Assembly: GCA_963677435.1 (NCBI GenBank)
Contig: OY781945.1
Coordinates: forward strand, 2,912,001-2,976,000
Source: an uncultured Aliarcobacter sp.
GTDB lineage: Bacteria; Campylobacterota; Campylobacteria; Campylobacterales; Arcobacteraceae
Direction of reading: 5' to 3'
DNA length: 64,000 bases
Shown here: piece after piece, positions 63,091 through 64,000 of the stretch
Layout: every line of letters begins with the position of its first letter
How positions within the stretch are numbered: the first letter of the stretch is position 1
The notes under the pieces: generated by a model
What the model saw: only the letters and a program-made list of their open reading frames with translations
Told to the model about the DNA's origin: nothing
Database searches by the model: none
Position numbers and translations under genes: made by a program

Positions 63091-63311
63091 CTGCCTTTGA
63101 TGAAGCTAAGGTTTGATTCTTTATTTTCGGTGAAAAGTGAGGACTGTTTGAGTGAAGAAAGGTACTGAATGTACCTTTCGTAGCGAGTTCCGCAACGCAG
63201 AAAATAAAGGAGCAAATCTTAGGAAGCTTCGCCTTCATCAGCATGGCAGTCTTTTTTGCTTACTTTTTTGAGACCAAAAAGTAAGAGAAAGCGAAAACCC
63301 TCGTAGTTTTC
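63091..63311 (+). other. Highly structured non-coding element (ncRNA or palindromic/MITE-like repeat)
   Basis: Nested stems 63091-95/63245-49, 63098-105/63233-40, 63106-128/63200-222, 63157-165/63171-179; 3' hairpins 63259-268/63276-285 and 63293-298/63306-311; visibly more GC-rich than its flanks. Confidence 0.7.
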
Positions 63312-63374
63312 AAGAGAAAAATTTAATAACAATGCAAAAGTAATTATATGAATAAAAAAACTAGCAGTAAATAT

Positions 63375-63397
63375 TGAGGGTGCAAAAAACACCCTCA
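63375..63397 (-). terminator. Terminator of the EF-hand gene
   Basis: TGAGGGTG-CAAAAAA-CACCCTCA. Confidence 0.7.
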
Positions 63398-63404
63398 GAT
63401 AGAA

Positions 63405-63992
63405 TTATTGTCTTTGTTTTGTTTGATGAGTTTGAAACTCTTCTTTGCTGATATTTCCATCTTTGTTAGTATCAATATCTGAAAATAGTGGTTGATTCCC
63501 GATATTTTTCATCATCTTACCCTCAGATGCTTTTTCTTCCATTCTTTTTTCACGAGCTTCGTCCATTTCTTTAGAACTAATCATTCCGTCATTATTTAAA
63601 TCAAAATCTTCAAAGTTTGGCATATTGAACCCTTGTCCCATACCTTGCCCCATTCCTCTATTACCTTGATTATTTTGCATCTGTTTATTTTGACCTTTTA
63701 ATAACTCAAGTTCAGTCAATTTTCCATCTTTATTTGTATCTAAAGTACTAAAATCTGGTGCATTTGCAACATTTCTCATAGGCATTCCAGCAGATGCTTT
63801 TTGCTCTATTCGTTTTGCTCTTATATCGTTAAACTCTTTTTCACTAATGAATCCATCTTTATTTGTATCGTAAGATGAAAACTCTATAGGACCTCTATTT
63901 GGTAAATCTTCTGCAATAAGTGCAGTTGTTATAACTGATAAAGAACCAGCAACCAAAAAACCTAATTTAATTGTTTTAAATAAGTTTTTCAT
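63405..63992 (-). CDS. Secreted EF-hand calcium-binding protein
   Basis: Signal peptide; four DxNxDG loops (DTNKDGFISEKE, DTNKDGKLTELE, DLNNDGMISSKE, DTNKDGNISKEE). Confidence 0.9.
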   Translation of the reverse strand: MKNLFKTIKLGFLVAGSLSVITTALIAEDLPNRGPIEFSSYDTNKDGFISEKEFNDIRAKRIEQKASAGMPMRNVANAPDFSTLDTNKDGKLTELELLKGQNKQMQNNQGNRGMGQGMGQGFNMPNFEDFDLNNDGMISSKEMDEAREKRMEEKASEGKMMKNIGNQPLFSDIDTNKDGNISKEEFQTHQTKQRQ

Positions 63993-64000
63993 TATTTCTC

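Noticed and set aside
1..64000. CRISPR arrays, tRNA/rRNA genes, transposases, integrases, prophage genes
   Set aside because: No regularly spaced repeats, cloverleaf or rRNA-like sequence, or recombinase motifs were seen

Overview
This is a 64 kb, very AT-rich chromosomal segment from a Campylobacterota bacterium. Gene content and order point to Arcobacteraceae (inference). Contents in order: the tail of the periplasmic nitrate reductase operon (napGHBFLD plus a stand-alone PAS gene); an amino-acid uptake and catabolism cluster (aapJQMP, two LysE exporters, sdaA, a Cache chemoreceptor, ald, an NDH-2-like flavoprotein, an XRE-cupin regulator); housekeeping genes (serS, trpS, hisG, coaX, menaquinone-pathway UbiD-family decarboxylase, PatB/MalY); a complete complex I operon (nuoA,B,CD,E,F,[gltA],G-N) with citrate synthase embedded in it; frdCAB; a tandem dynamin-like pair; two hypothetical genes; a copZ-arsR-copA metal-resistance operon; recQ; an orphan HrgA/COG2958-like nuclease; and a secreted EF-hand protein. 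I saw no rRNA, tRNA, CRISPR array or transposase. Most interesting signals: (1) NuoF keeps its FMN and Fe-S motifs but has a remodelled nucleotide pocket (conserved Glu to Lys, three adenine-stacking Phe lost), suggesting an NADPH- or non-NADH-driven complex I co-expressed with citrate synthase; (2) a ~220 nt, highly base-paired non-coding element at 63091-63311; (3) an anti-Shine-Dalgarno-bearing sRNA candidate at ~17324-17409; (4) an ArsR/SmtB repressor with a clear 12-2-12 operator in front of a Cu(I)-type ATPase. All calls come from motif recognition by eye; no searches were run.
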